Below are positions 25,250 through 25,725 of a stretch of DNA of 25,725 nucleotides, one piece after another. A program made the translations under genes and the position numbers. The notes below the pieces were generated by a model. That model did no database searches. It was not told the origin of the DNA and was given only the letters and a program-made list of their open reading frames with translations. Position 1 is the first letter of the stretch, and each line of letters opens with the position of its first letter. Origin of the DNA: Dehalococcoidia bacterium. GTDB taxonomy: Bacteria > Chloroflexota > Dehalococcoidia > DSTF01 > RBG-16-68-14. Where the stretch lies: positions 62,001 to 87,725 of the forward strand of contig JBBEBM010000047.1 of assembly GCA_040882355.1 (NCBI GenBank), in the 5' to 3' direction.

Positions 25250-25725
25250 CTACGCCATCTCCGCCTGTTCCAGCATCATCTTGAGCTGCGGGTGGAGGCG
25301 CTCCTTGCGCTCCGGCATCCCGGCGACCTCCAGGCGGTGCATGTACTCCTTGAGCTGGCGGTTGAACGCGGCCATCGTCATTTCGATGCCCTTGTCCTGG
25401 TCACCCAGCTTGTAAGCGAACAACGAACCGAGCGACTGGCCGAAGTTCGGCGAACCGCCCGCGACACCGCCCCCTCCGCCTCGCACGATAGGCTCGGCGT
25501 AGTCCAGATAGCTGTGGATCTCCTCGCGACGCCACGGCTGCGTCTCCAAGATGTACTTCAGGTGCATCACACCGAACGCCACATGCCGCGACTCGTCCTG
25601 GGCGGCGAGGCGGAAGATGCGCTTCTCGGCGTCGTTGGTGGCGATGTACTCGCCCATGCGGAAGATCGACTGCACCAGGCCCTCGCCCTGCACGTGCAGG
25701 ATCGACGACATCTCGGTGAAGTCCT
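25250..25725 (-). CDS. Ferritin-like di-iron domain protein, 3' part (runs off right edge)
   Basis: Open frame from the edge: DFTEMSSILHVQGEG...AQDESRHVAFG (E...DExRH di-iron ligands). Confidence 0.75.
   Translation of the reverse strand, partial: DFTEMSSILHVQGEGLVQSIFRMGEYIATNDAEKRIFRLAAQDESRHVAFGVMHLKYILETQPWRREEIHSYLDYAEPIVRGGGGGVAGGSPNFGQSLGSLFAYKLGDQDKGIEMTMAAFNRQLKEYMHRLEVAGMPERKERLHPQLKMMLEQAEMA

Overview
High-GC bacterial chromosome segment; gene content and the LPxTG-type surface protein suggest Chloroflexota (Dehalococcoidia-like), by inference only. Left part: glcE (3' end)-glcF, a small membrane-protein gene, a DeoD-type nucleoside phosphorylase, a GNAT acetyltransferase, a disrupted RHH antitoxin, an APH-kinase/P-loop fusion, a conserved hypothetical gene, a choice-of-anchor-L/LPxTG surface protein, an alpha/beta hydrolase, and a Phd-VapC plus Mrr-family defence islet. 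The most interesting part (11.8-16.3 kb) is a compact c-di-GMP signalling module. It has a TetR gene, a c-di-GMP-I (GEMM) riboswitch directly upstream of a FliA/WhiG sigma-28 gene, and a multi-TM HD-GYP phosphodiesterase with a perfect sigma-28 -10 box. It also has a degenerate membrane GGDEF (GDDEF) protein with a matching sigma-28 promoter, and an unannotated 32-aa signal-peptide-like gene (MKLIWTVAAVALLAAAALAPHASTVLGVRRWW) with its own sigma-70 promoter overlapped by TetR-type operators. Right part: Cys-rich hypothetical gene, WrbA-like flavodoxin, hflX (apparently ATC-initiated), purD-purE-purB, a truncated membrane gene, a low-GC insertion fused in frame to purC, a small membrane gene, purS, a DinB-family gene and the 3' end of a ferritin-like gene. 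No rRNA, tRNA, CRISPR array or transposase was recognised.
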